The notes below the pieces were generated by a model. That model ran no database searches. It saw nothing but the letters and a program-made list of their open reading frames with translations, and was not told where the DNA came from. 64,000 nt of DNA from the NCBI GenBank assembly GCA_951406725.2, contig OX597828.1, forward strand, positions 27,218,001 through 27,282,000, given 5' to 3'. Of the stretch, positions 54,078-64,000 are shown piece by piece. The DNA comes from Octopus vulgaris (taxonomy: Eukaryota). The first letter of the stretch is position 1, and every line of letters starts with the position of its first letter. A program made the position numbers and the translations under genes.

Positions 54078-54644
54078 TTCTTCTTCTTCTTCTTCTTCTT
54101 CTTCTTCTTTTACTTCTCATTCTTCTTCTTCTTCTTCTTCTTCTTTTACTTCTCATTCTTCTTCTTCTTCTTCTTCTTCTTTTACTTCTCATTCTTCTTC
54201 TTCTTCTTCTCTTTCTTCTCTTTCTTCTTCTACCTCCTCTTCTTCTCCTTCTTCTCTTTCTTCTTCTCCACCACCTCCTCCTCCCCTTCCACCCCTACCT
54301 CCTTTTCTTTTCTTTTTTTCATCTTTTACCCCCTCTTTTTCCCTGTTTTTTTTTCTTCTCCTCTCCCTCCTTTTCTACTTCTTCTCCATCTCCTCCTTCT
54401 CCTTTTAATTCCATCTCCTTCATATCGATGTCTCCCACGGCTGCATCATCATCCGTCCTATCACCCATTCACATGCATCAGCATTTATTTATCTTTTTTA
54501 TTACTATTATTGTTGTTGTTGTTGTTCTTCTTCTTCTTCTTCTTCTCCTTCTTCTTCTGATTATTATTATTGTCGTTATTGTTATTATTATTATCATTAT
54601 TATTATCATTATTATTATTATCATCATCATCATCATCATCATCA

Positions 54645-54675
<31 letters not shown>

Positions 54676-54984
54676 TATTATTATTATTTCTTTTTGCTAT
54701 TGTTTGAGACAAGACTTTATCCTTTTGCTTTGATTGTACAATGTTTGAATATAGATAAAGACGTACGTAATTAATTCTGGCTTAGTGACATGTTCAATAT
54801 ATGTATAATAAGTTCAAGATTGGTGATAATTACCAAAAGACAAGAACAATAAGAATAAAAAAAAAACAATAACAAAAAATAAAAATTGAAAAAGTAAACG
54901 TAAACAAAATTTTAAAAAAAAACAAAATTATGAAGAAAAAAAGAAATTTCACCGCGAAACACAGTTTCTTTCCAAATCACAATC

Positions 54985-55023
<39 letters not shown>

Positions 55024-55355
55024 GATGATGATAATGATAATAATAATAATAACAATGATAGTAATAATAATAAGAATAAAAAGTAGAAGAAGAAGAATTT
55101 ACTCATTCTAATAAAGAAGCTGTGGTAAATAAGGGGAAATTTTTTTGAGTTTAAATTTTCTTTGAAGAAGTTTTAATCAACTTCTTTTCTTAATAAGGAA
55201 AAGAATAGAGTTGGAGGTGGGGTGAGGGAAGTTTTCATTAATATATTTATTACAGTGATAGAGGCATGTTGTGGTTTATTGTTATTTCATAGAGTATGAG
55301 CAGGCATGAATTTTAACTAACTGCTAGGCACTGTGTCTTTGTTTCCTTGTATGTA

Positions 55356-55384
<29 letters not shown>

Positions 55385-55386
<2 letters not shown>

Positions 55387-55594
55387 TCTTTTAATCTTTT
55401 ACTTGTTTCAGTCATTTGCCTGTGGCCATGCTGGAGCACCGCCTTTAGTCGAGCAAATCGACCCCAGGACTTATTCTTTGTAAGCCTAGTACTTATTCTA
55501 TCGGTCTCTTTTGCCAAACCGCTAAGTTACGGGGATGTAAACACACCACCATCGGTTGTCAAGCGATGTTTGGAGGACAAACACAAACACATAA

Positions 55595-55631
<37 letters not shown>

Positions 55632-55800
55632 CATATATACGACGGGCTTCTTTCAGTTTCCGTCTACCAAATCCACTCACAAGACGTTGGTCGGCCCGAG
55701 GCTATAGTAGAAGACACTTGCCCAGGGTGCCATGCAGTGAAATGAACCCAGAACCATGTGGTTGGTAAGCAAGCTACTTACCACACAGCCACTCCTGCAC
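55385..55800 (-). mobile_element. Family B SINE, full length
   Basis: Close reverse complement of the 59617 copy. Confidence 0.9.
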
Positions 55801-56248
55801 CTAAAATATATATGTCATTATCATCATCATCATTTAATGTCCGTTGTCCATGCTGCCATGGGTTGGATAATTTGACCAGGGCTGGTAAGCTAGTAGGTTG
55901 CATCAGACTCCAGTCTGCTTTGGCATGGTTTTCTATGGCTGGATGTCCTTCCTAATGCCAACCACTCCAAGAGTGAATGTATGCATGACTGTGTGGTAAG
56001 AAGTTTGCTTACCAGCCACATGGTTCTGGGTTCAATTCCACTGTGTAGCACTTTGGGCAAGTGTCTTCTACTATAAGCTTAGGTCAACCAAAGCCTTGGA
56101 AGTGGTTTTGGTAGATGAAAACTAAAAGAAGCCTGTCATATATATATATAGTTAATCCAAACAAGAAAACACAAAAAAACAAAAAAACACAAGGATGTGG
56201 AACAAATAAAGTATTCTTGGATGCTCAGGAATGAAGGGAAGAAGGAGG

Positions 56249-56283
56249 GTTTAACGTTTCGAGCGGAGATCTTCGTCGGAAAC
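56249..56283 (-). ncRNA. Degenerate minimal hammerhead in a PLE-terminus-like fragment between (TA)n tracts
   Basis: Minus strand gttt CCGACGA a gatc-tcc-gctc GAAA cg TT aaac. Has a U4C core change and one stem II mismatch; AACGTT palindrome. Confidence 0.55.
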
Positions 56284-56328
56284 ATAGGAGAAGGAAAGAT
56301 CCCGAGAAGGGAAGACAGAGGAAAAAAA

Positions 56329-56364
<36 letters not shown>

Positions 56365-56486
56365 CTCCCCTACTATCCCTCTAGCTTCTAACGTCTGACC
56401 TCTGACTTCTGCCTGAAGTCAGAACGCCATAATGGACCGTTAGCTCCTACACGCATTTTTTTCTCTCCTTGTTTCTTTTCTGTGTA

Positions 56487-56524
56487 TCTTTCTGTCGAAG
56501 AGCATAGGCTCGAAATGTAAAAGA
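56487..56524 (+). ncRNA. Degenerate minimal hammerhead
   Basis: tcttt CTGTCGA a gagc-atag-gctc GAAA tg TA aaaga. Stems are perfect; the core has an A6U change. Confidence 0.6.
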
Positions 56525-56620
56525 CTTGTTTTATTTCTATTCCTGAGTGCCATACTAATACATTTGTTTGTTTGTTCTCCACCTGCCTTCGTCTTTTGTT
56601 TATTTTCGTAAACCTTCCCG

Positions 56621-56666
<46 letters not shown>

Positions 56667-56839
56667 AATATTAGGGAATAAATCCAAATTTACAGGGAAA
56701 AAATCAGATTTAGGATTAAATCCAATTTTATAGTAAAATATTATAAAATATTATTAGAGACAAAACCACTATTTTGCAAAACAAACAAGGAAAGACTTAA
56801 TCAATACATAAAATTTTAATAAATAGTCAAAAAAAACCG

Positions 56840-56882
56840 CCACTACAATTGTTTCTTGTCTTGATCGACAATCTTCAGGTGG
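56840..56882 (-). ncRNA. Type I hammerhead ribozyme (antisense arm of palindrome)
   Basis: Exact reverse complement of 56918-56960. Confidence 0.85.
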
Positions 56883-56917
56883 ACTTCCAATTTGAAACTG
56901 ACTTGTAAATTGGAAGT

Positions 56918-56960
56918 CCACCTGAAGATTGTCGATCAAGACAAGAAACAATTGTAGTGG
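56918..56960 (+). ncRNA. Type I hammerhead ribozyme (canonical core)
   Basis: ccac CTGAAGA ttgtc-gatcaa-gacaa GAAA caattg TA gtgg. Palindromic ACAATTGT stem III, with GUA cleavage after 56956. Confidence 0.88.
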
Positions 56961-57649
56961 CGGTTTTTTTGACTATTTATTAAAATTTTATGTATTGATT
57001 AAGTCTTTCCTTGTTTGTTTTGCAAAATAGTGGTTTTGTCTCTAATAATATTTTATATATATATATATATATATACTGTTCTGTCTGGGGAGAGTCATTT
57101 TCTTTTTGTGCCTTATAATTTAACACACTTACTGGTAAAGTTTCCACTTATTTCATTTTTTTTTTTTCCTAAAATTTACGTTGCATCTTGCAACCTTTTC
57201 AATAGTCTTGACTCTGTGTGTGTGTGTGTTGAAAGATATTCATGACAAAATAGCAAAGATAATATTATAAATGTACAAAAATATTTTTTTTTTATATATC
57301 GTTTAAAAGGGACTTGTATATCTGTCTTATCACCACCCTGGTAGAAATACCATATGTGATGGCTTATTAGAAACCATACCAAATCAGACTGGAGCCTGGT
57401 GCAATTTTGCAGCTTGCCAGTTCTGGTCAAACTGTCCAACCCATGCCAGCATGGAAAATGGATGTTAAATGATGATAATGTTTAAATGACTGGGTGCTTA
57501 GGATATGCTTTTATATCCGTTATTGAGAAGTGAGCCATATGTGACATGCCTCATTATTAGATGAACTACTAAAAAGATCCGAGGTAATCCTTCATTAGGG
57601 GCACCATTTAGGAAGTCCTGCTGTTTACCCATGACTGGTTTAAGACATA

Positions 57650-57872
57650 TTTTTTATTTCTTTATAGCCCACAGGGGCCTAAATATAAAGGGGACAAGCA
57701 AGGACAGACAAAAGGGATTAAGTCGATTACATCGACCCCGGTGCATAATCGACCCCGAAAGGATGAAAGGTAAAGTCAATCTCAGTGGGTTTTGAACTCA
57801 GAACATAATGGCATACAAAATACCTCTAAGTGTTTCGCCCAGCCTGCTAATGCTTCCGCCAGCTCGCCACCT
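57650..57872 (-). mobile_element. Family A SINE
   Basis: Reverse copy with ggt.taagacata duplicated on both flanks. Confidence 0.8.
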
Positions 57873-59616
57873 TGGTCTAAGACATACTTGCAGGCATTAA
57901 GGCAAGACAAGGGTGGCCAAGTATCAACCATCACCCATACTAACAACTTACTGTATAATCCAACATTTAAAGTTCATATATCCTACTTTGAATATAGAAC
58001 AACCCTTACCCACAAGTTCTGCTAAATGAGTAGAACTTTTCTTCCAAATTCAAACTTTACAAATAGGAACTTGATGATTTCTAACTTTTCTTCTGAAATT
58101 GTAAAAAAAATGATTGTTTTTACCTGATATTTTAAAAGAGAGGGGGAGGGATACTCTCCTAATTTTTCCATTTACTAAAGGATTAGTAAATAAGCTATTA
58201 CAGTCATAAGATATGTGATTGCTGATCAGCTGACTTTCTGGAATAGCTGTCACTACATCATGGAGAAATTTACCAGAAAAGGGAATGGAAAGGAGGGCAA
58301 AACTTTCACTGAATGAAACAGTCACCCTATTTCTAGCTTGCTTTTCTCCATAAGGTAGTGATAGCTATTCTGAAGGTCTGTCAATCAAATTTATTTTGTA
58401 AATAAAATGATTGGTTATCAATAATAGAAAAGTACCAAAATAAGATTTTCATGAAGTTTTTTTTTTTAATTAAATCATAACAAAATATTGGAATACCAGT
58501 AAAAATTTACCAGAGATTGGCATGGAATTAAGGGTAAGAAAATGTGGACTAGAAACTTCATTCACAGAAAGAAGTAATCTCCTTATTCTTCCATGAGATA
58601 GTGAAAGCTATTCCAAGAATCCACCAACTACCCATTCCACTCCTCTCTTGAGTTTAATTATATGCTAATCCTTTAGTAAGTAAATAAAGATGCTGTCAAT
58701 AATAGGAACACACAGAGAAAACCCTTAAGAGTTTTAAAAAATTAAATTGTAACAAAATATTAATTGGAATATTTTGTATAAACAACATCTGACTTTTCAG
58801 ATGAAGGGTATTTTGTTTCCATTAATAAAACATAATTGTACCCTGACCCCTTATGACCCTTCTAAAATAAATACTCAGCAACTGCCAATAGGTTTGCAAG
58901 TGTGAAGGGCTACAAACCATTGATCTAAGGCATTGTCAGCACTTTTATGTATGATCTCAGCCATATAAATGTTAAGTGTTTAATAGTTATTAAATCACTG
59001 AGATTATATATACATAGAGGTTCTGTTTAGTCTGTCAGTAATCTAATGAAGACCAGAAGACTATTGGCTGGAAACTAAATATCTGACATTACAAACAAAA
59101 CATTATATAGGTATGTACTAATCAAATATTAAGCACTTGATAATAAAATCAATACGTAATGGCAGCATGGCACCGTAGAGTAAAGGTAACCTCTCGCAAA
59201 CCAATTCCATAACCTAATTTTGATTCCATTTTCAATTCATTTATGTTGATAATCTACTTGACTCATGGGCTTTAATAATACACATTTTCACCCCCGTAAG
59301 TAAACTCCTGATCTTGTTTGCATAGAAAAAAAAAATTAATAAGCAGAATGATTAGAGAGCAATGTTTTTTTGTTTTTTTAATGGTGGTGATATATTAGTA
59401 ATGTTTCTGGACAAATCATGTTGCATGTGATTATTGGAGGAATGTTCAATTTCTTTACCGTTTTACTGGAGGTGCAGTGGAAAATTAAGTGGTTTGGTCA
59501 TGTAACATAGTTTCATGACACACTAGTTGTACTAGTTTTATACATGGACTGTCCCTATTCAGTAAAATAGGGTATAGAGTGAGTAAATAAGGATGGTTGA
59601 GCACCATAAATATATA

Positions 59617-59779
59617 GGCGCAGGAGTGACTGTGTGGTAAGTAGCTTGCTAACCAACCACATGGTTCCGGGTTCAGTCCCACTGCATGGCATCTTGAGCA
59701 AGTGTCTTCTGCTATAGCCCCGGGCCGACCAATGCCTAGTAAGTGGATTTGGTAGACGGAAACTGAAAGAAGCCTGTCG

Positions 59780-59824
<45 letters not shown>

Positions 59825-60035
59825 ATATGTTTGTGTGTCTGTGTTTGTCCCCCTAGCATTGCTTGACAACTGATGCTGGTGTGTTTACATCCCCGTCACT
59901 TAGCGGTTTGGCAAAAAGAGACTGATAGAATAAGTACTGGGCTTACAAAGAATAAGTCCCGGGATCGATTTGCTCGAATAAATGCGGTGCTCCGGCATGG
60001 CCACAGTCAAATGACTGAAACAAGTAAACAAGAGA
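59617..60035 (+). mobile_element. Family B tRNA-derived CORE-like SINE, full length (resembles octopus OR-type SINEs)
   Basis: Pol III A/B-box-like head (tgactgtgtggt; ggttcagtccc), CORE-like atcttgagcaagtgtctt, central (TA)/(TG) tract, and tail actgaaacaagtaaa. Confidence 0.9.
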
Positions 60036-60466
60036 AAGAGAGACAAAGAAGAGGAAAGATGGTGGAAACCTGAGATTTGTTAATGACTGGGAAAGATGGA
60101 GAGAGGGAGGTTTGTATACTTGTTATGTAACTGTGGCATTACTGTGAAGACGTGTGGCCTGGTTGTTAGGGCGTTGCACTCGCAGTCATGAAATTGTGGT
60201 TTCAATTCACTGACTGGGAGGTGTATTGTGTTCTTGCAATCACTTCACCATCTGACATGTGGCACTCTGTGCAGCTCTGCAGACAATGTTCATTTGATGC
60301 ACAGAGTGTGCTAATGCACAACACAAACAGATGACCACCAAAACCAAATCATCCGTGCAGATTCTTCAGCAAGAAATTGCAGGATTGTCTTTCTCAAACT
60401 CTCAAAATTGTGGCATCACTAGACTTTGGGTTCTGTTGGTTGAATGTGAATCAGGGTATTTGACAA

Positions 60467-60692
60467 GGCGACGAGATGGCAGAACCATTAGCACACCGGG
60501 TGAAATGTGTAGTGGTATTTTGTCTGTCGTTACATTCTGAGTTCAAATTCCGCCGAGGTCGACTTTGCCTTTCATCCTTTCGGGGTCGAATAAGTACCAG
60601 TTATGCACTGGGGTCGATGTAATTGACTTAATCCGTTTGTCTGTCTTTGTTTATCCTCTCTGTGTTTAGCCCCTTGTGGGTAGTAAAGAAAT
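60467..60692 (+). mobile_element. Family A SINE with 14-bp TSD
   Basis: agggtatttgacaa at 60453-60466 and 60693-60706. Confidence 0.92.
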
Positions 60693-61739
60693 AGGGTATT
60701 TGACAATGGTTATAAATTGTTGGATTTGGTTTTTTTTTTTTTGGTTTTCAGTGTCTTTTTTTTTTTAATTAGAAATATCAATTAGATGACTTGTTAACTT
60801 CGTTTAAAAAGTAGGAAATGGGAACTGCAATCCTTGTGCCTTTCCTGTGAGCATTAATGAATTTCAGCACAATTACAATACATGTGCACATACACACACA
60901 CACACACACACACAGGTGCAGGTGTGGCTGTGTAGTAAGAATTTGTTTCCCAACCACTTGTTTCCAGGTTCAGTCCCACTGCATGGCACCTTGGGAAAAT
61001 GTTTTACTATAGCCCCAGGCTATCAAAGCCTTGTAGTGAGTAGATGTGGTAAATGGAAACTGAAAGAAGCCCATCATATATGTGTGTGTGTGTACATCCA
61101 TATATGTATATGCATACATACAAACATGTGTGAATGTCTTTGTCATTGTGTTTGTCCTCCACTACTGTTTGACAAACATTGTTGGTTTGTTTATGTTACT
61201 GTAACTTAACAACAACTACTGGGGCTGATTTGTTGAGTAAAACCCTTCCAGACCATGCTGTAGTATGGCCACAGTCCAGTGACTGAAATAAGTAAAAGTA
61301 TAGATATTTATAAATATTCCTGAAGAGATTGACCATGTCCACTTCATAAAACAAAGATTGGATAATCCTTATCCTCTTTTAGGGATTAAAGGAGGAACAA
61401 CAAAAATTCTAATGGCATTGTTTGTGCCATATCACTTAATTGTTCCCCTTTTTTTTTTATTATTAACTGTTCTGATTCTACATCATGATTCTTGTTATAG
61501 GAATTCCCTCTGAACCTGAAAGATATGATGGATTTATTTTCAAAGGATTAACAAAAGGATATGTAAGATTCAGAGATCCATTGTTCTACTGTGAAATAAA
61601 AAAAAAAAAAAAAAAGAAAAAGAATGAATTTGAATAGTTCTTACAACTTAGCAGAAATGTAATTGATTTACCAACATATTGATTCCAGTTCATCTATGTC
61701 ATATACATGTGTGTGGATATGTATGTACATATATATGTC

Positions 61740-61792
<53 letters not shown>

Positions 61793-61805
61793 ATGTGTAC
61801 AAATA

Positions 61806-61847
<42 letters not shown>

Positions 61848-62296
61848 AAGTTTGTCAGATAACTGATACAGTTGTCTGAGACAGTGTGACGAAGTCAAAA
61901 ATGAAATTGTTCCAAATTCTAAGGTTCCAGTAGATGAATTCAAAGGATTAATACTGCCTGCTCTCTGCTACCATTATTTTCCTGTCTCTGATTTAACAAT
62001 TGACACAGAGGAATTATGTTCTGTGACAGTAATCTTATTACATGACACTGTGTCTTTCTGCATAATCTATCATGGCTATTGAATTCCTTCAGTCGTTGCA
62101 ATACTTTATAAATATGGTTACTTATTTGGTTGGCTCAAATGTGAGCTGGCATTCCAACCATATTGGTTTCAGGTTCAGTCCCACAGCATGGTGGCATCCT
62201 GGAAAACGTGACTTCTACTCTAGCTCTGGCCTGACTGATGCTTTATGAATTGATTTTTTTAGACAGAAACTGAAAGAATCCTGTCATGCATATATA

Positions 62297-62668
62297 CAAT
62301 GCTGGATTACCCATCAAGCAAAATAAGCATGTGCTCAGAGCATCAAGGGAAGCTGGGCACCACAAAAATGGTCAATAGTCTATGATACAAAGGAAATCAC
62401 TTTAAACTTGCTTTGATAACATTTGAAGTGGTTTCTGGTCATAGTGTCACAGTGAGGATCTAGTCAAAGACTTTGCAATTAAAGTAAAGTTGGAAGTGGA
62501 AAGATACAAGAATAACCATTTTCCATCTTACTGTTAGTTTCCTTTCAATTTCAAAAATAATTTATTTTATGGTTTATCATTGTTTATTTTTTTAATTATG
62601 TACATAAGGGGTGGGGGACCAAAATCTTTTAAGTGCTTAGGACCTCTGTAGATCTTAATCTGGCCCTG
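62297..62668. mobile_element. hAT-like MITE
   Basis: Imperfect TIRs caatgctggatta / taatctggccctg (CAGGGCCAGATTA type), flanked by TA-rich sequence. Confidence 0.55.
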
Positions 62669-62735
62669 TATATAATATATATTTATTATATAGATTATTT
62701 ATATCTTAAAAAATTGATTATATTTTAGGTTTTGA

Positions 62736-62796
62736 AACCACCTGAAGAATGTCTCAAAGATGTGCTGAAATAAGACATGAAACGATCATAGTGGTT
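62736..62796 (+). ncRNA. Type I hammerhead ribozyme (long stem II loop)
   Basis: aaccac CTGAAGA atgtct-(18 nt)-agacat GAAA cgatca TA gtggtt. Stem III is probably CGATCG with CpG decay. The downstream ~100 bp resemble 56990-57046. Confidence 0.8.
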
Positions 62797-62898
62797 ATTT
62801 ATAATTGTTAAATTTCTAAATTTATATAAATTATTTTATGTATTGGCTTAAGTCTTTCTTTGTTTGATTTGCATAATAGTGGTTTTGTCTCTAATTTA

Positions 62899-62942
<44 letters not shown>

Positions 62943-63814
62943 CAGGGCCAGATTAAGACCTATAGAGGTCCTAAGCACTTAAAAGATTTTGGTCACCCAC
63001 CCCTTATGTAGATAATTAAAAAAAATAAACAATGATAGATATATATATATATATAAGACATTAACTGCGTAAAAGTCAATACAAAGAGTACTCCACCCAA
63101 TGAGAGTTCAATATTACTAAACGTTTTAACTAAGTGTATGCTACTAATTGTACACAATACATGTATGCAACATCACGCTACAAATAGTTTCCCGTGCATG
63201 CATACATTCGTCAGGCGCCAATTGCACTACACTCCCAAAACTTTTGTTTAAATAGTGGAACAGTTTAGAACTGGCAGAAAGATAAAGCATGTCTAATGGA
63301 AGATACCATCTTGATGGGTAAAATAAATTTTTAAAAAATATATATATAGGTAAAAATAAACTATATGTGTATGTTTGTGTGTTGTGTTTATCACCCCCAA
63401 CATTGCTTGACAGCCGATGCTGGTGTGTTTATGTCCCCATAACTTAGCGGTTCGGCAAAATAGAACCAATAGAATAAGTACTAGGCTTACAAAGAATAAG
63501 TCCTGGGGTCAATTTGCTCGACTAAAGGCAGTGCTCCAGCATGGCCACAGTCAAGTGACTGAAACAAGTAAACGAGTAATCAGTATAAAAATGAGTCACC
63601 ATTACAATGTGCAAGTTATTCAAAATTATTATATTTAGTTAGGAAGTTTCATCCAGTAAGAGTGACCATTGGTCTTGTACGTATAAAGAGCCTGTAGGGG
63701 TGAAACCAATGCCCACTCTATGACTGGCTGTAACTTTAAACTTCCCCAAAATACATTAATGCTTTAGGATGTGCTTCTTTCTCGGAACTGTGAACTACTG
63801 ACAATATATATGTG

Positions 63815-64000
63815 TGTGTGTAAACGTTAGTGCGCTGGGCAAAATGCTTAGCGGTATTGCGTCTGCCGTTACGTTCTGAGTTCAAATTCCGCCAAGGTCG
63901 ACTTTGCTTTTCATCCTTTCGGGGTCGATAAATACAGTACCAGTTACGCACTGGGGTCGATGTAATCGACTTAATCCGTTTGTCTGTCCTTGTTTGTTCC
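63815..64000 (+). mobile_element. Family A SINE (runs off the window end)
   Basis: aaacgttagtgcgctgggc...ctttcatcctttcggggtcgataaa... Confidence 0.85.

Larger units (their letters stand above)
56742..57057. repeat. Near-perfect ~151-bp-arm palindrome (inverted PLE-like terminus)
   Basis: Arms 56742-56893 and 56907-57057 with a 13-nt loop. I see only a one-base homopolymer difference between arms. Confidence 0.92.

Noticed and set aside
260-54733. Numerous long ORFs (YIYI, LSLS, poly-I, poly-L, poly-F, poly-S)
   Set aside because: They are translations of (TA)n, (CT)n, (ATT)n and (TTC)n microsatellites, with no domain signal.
63181-63220. Minus-strand CTGACGA...GAAA motif
   Set aside because: No convincing stem I, and stem II is offset from GAAA.

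Overview
AT-rich, microsatellite-saturated eukaryotic non-coding DNA. The SINE repertoire and the (TA)n/(CA)n/(ATT)n density suggest an octopus or other cephalopod intron or intergenic region; this is inference, not a database match. I cannot support any host protein-coding gene, and almost all listed ORFs are microsatellite translations. The only long credible ORF is a 5'-truncated but uninterrupted Penelope-like element (PLE; RT thumb, Zn-finger linker, GIY-YIG endonuclease) at 25312-26271. The rest is a patchwork of tRNA-derived SINEs, RTE-LINE ends, mariner-, pogo-, piggyBac- and hAT-like MITEs and Helitron-like elements. The most interesting layer is a set of type I hammerhead ribozymes (HHR). 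(i) A canonical HHR at 23875-23918 sits inside a 353-bp, heavily self-pairing unit with a ~90-bp terminal direct repeat, i.e. a candidate retrozyme or circular-RNA-derived element. (ii) A U3-A8 covariant HHR lies in the PLE 3' end. (iii) Several HHR-bearing PLE-like termini are nested in (TA)n tracts, some as fold-back palindromes; one carries a ribozyme on both strands.
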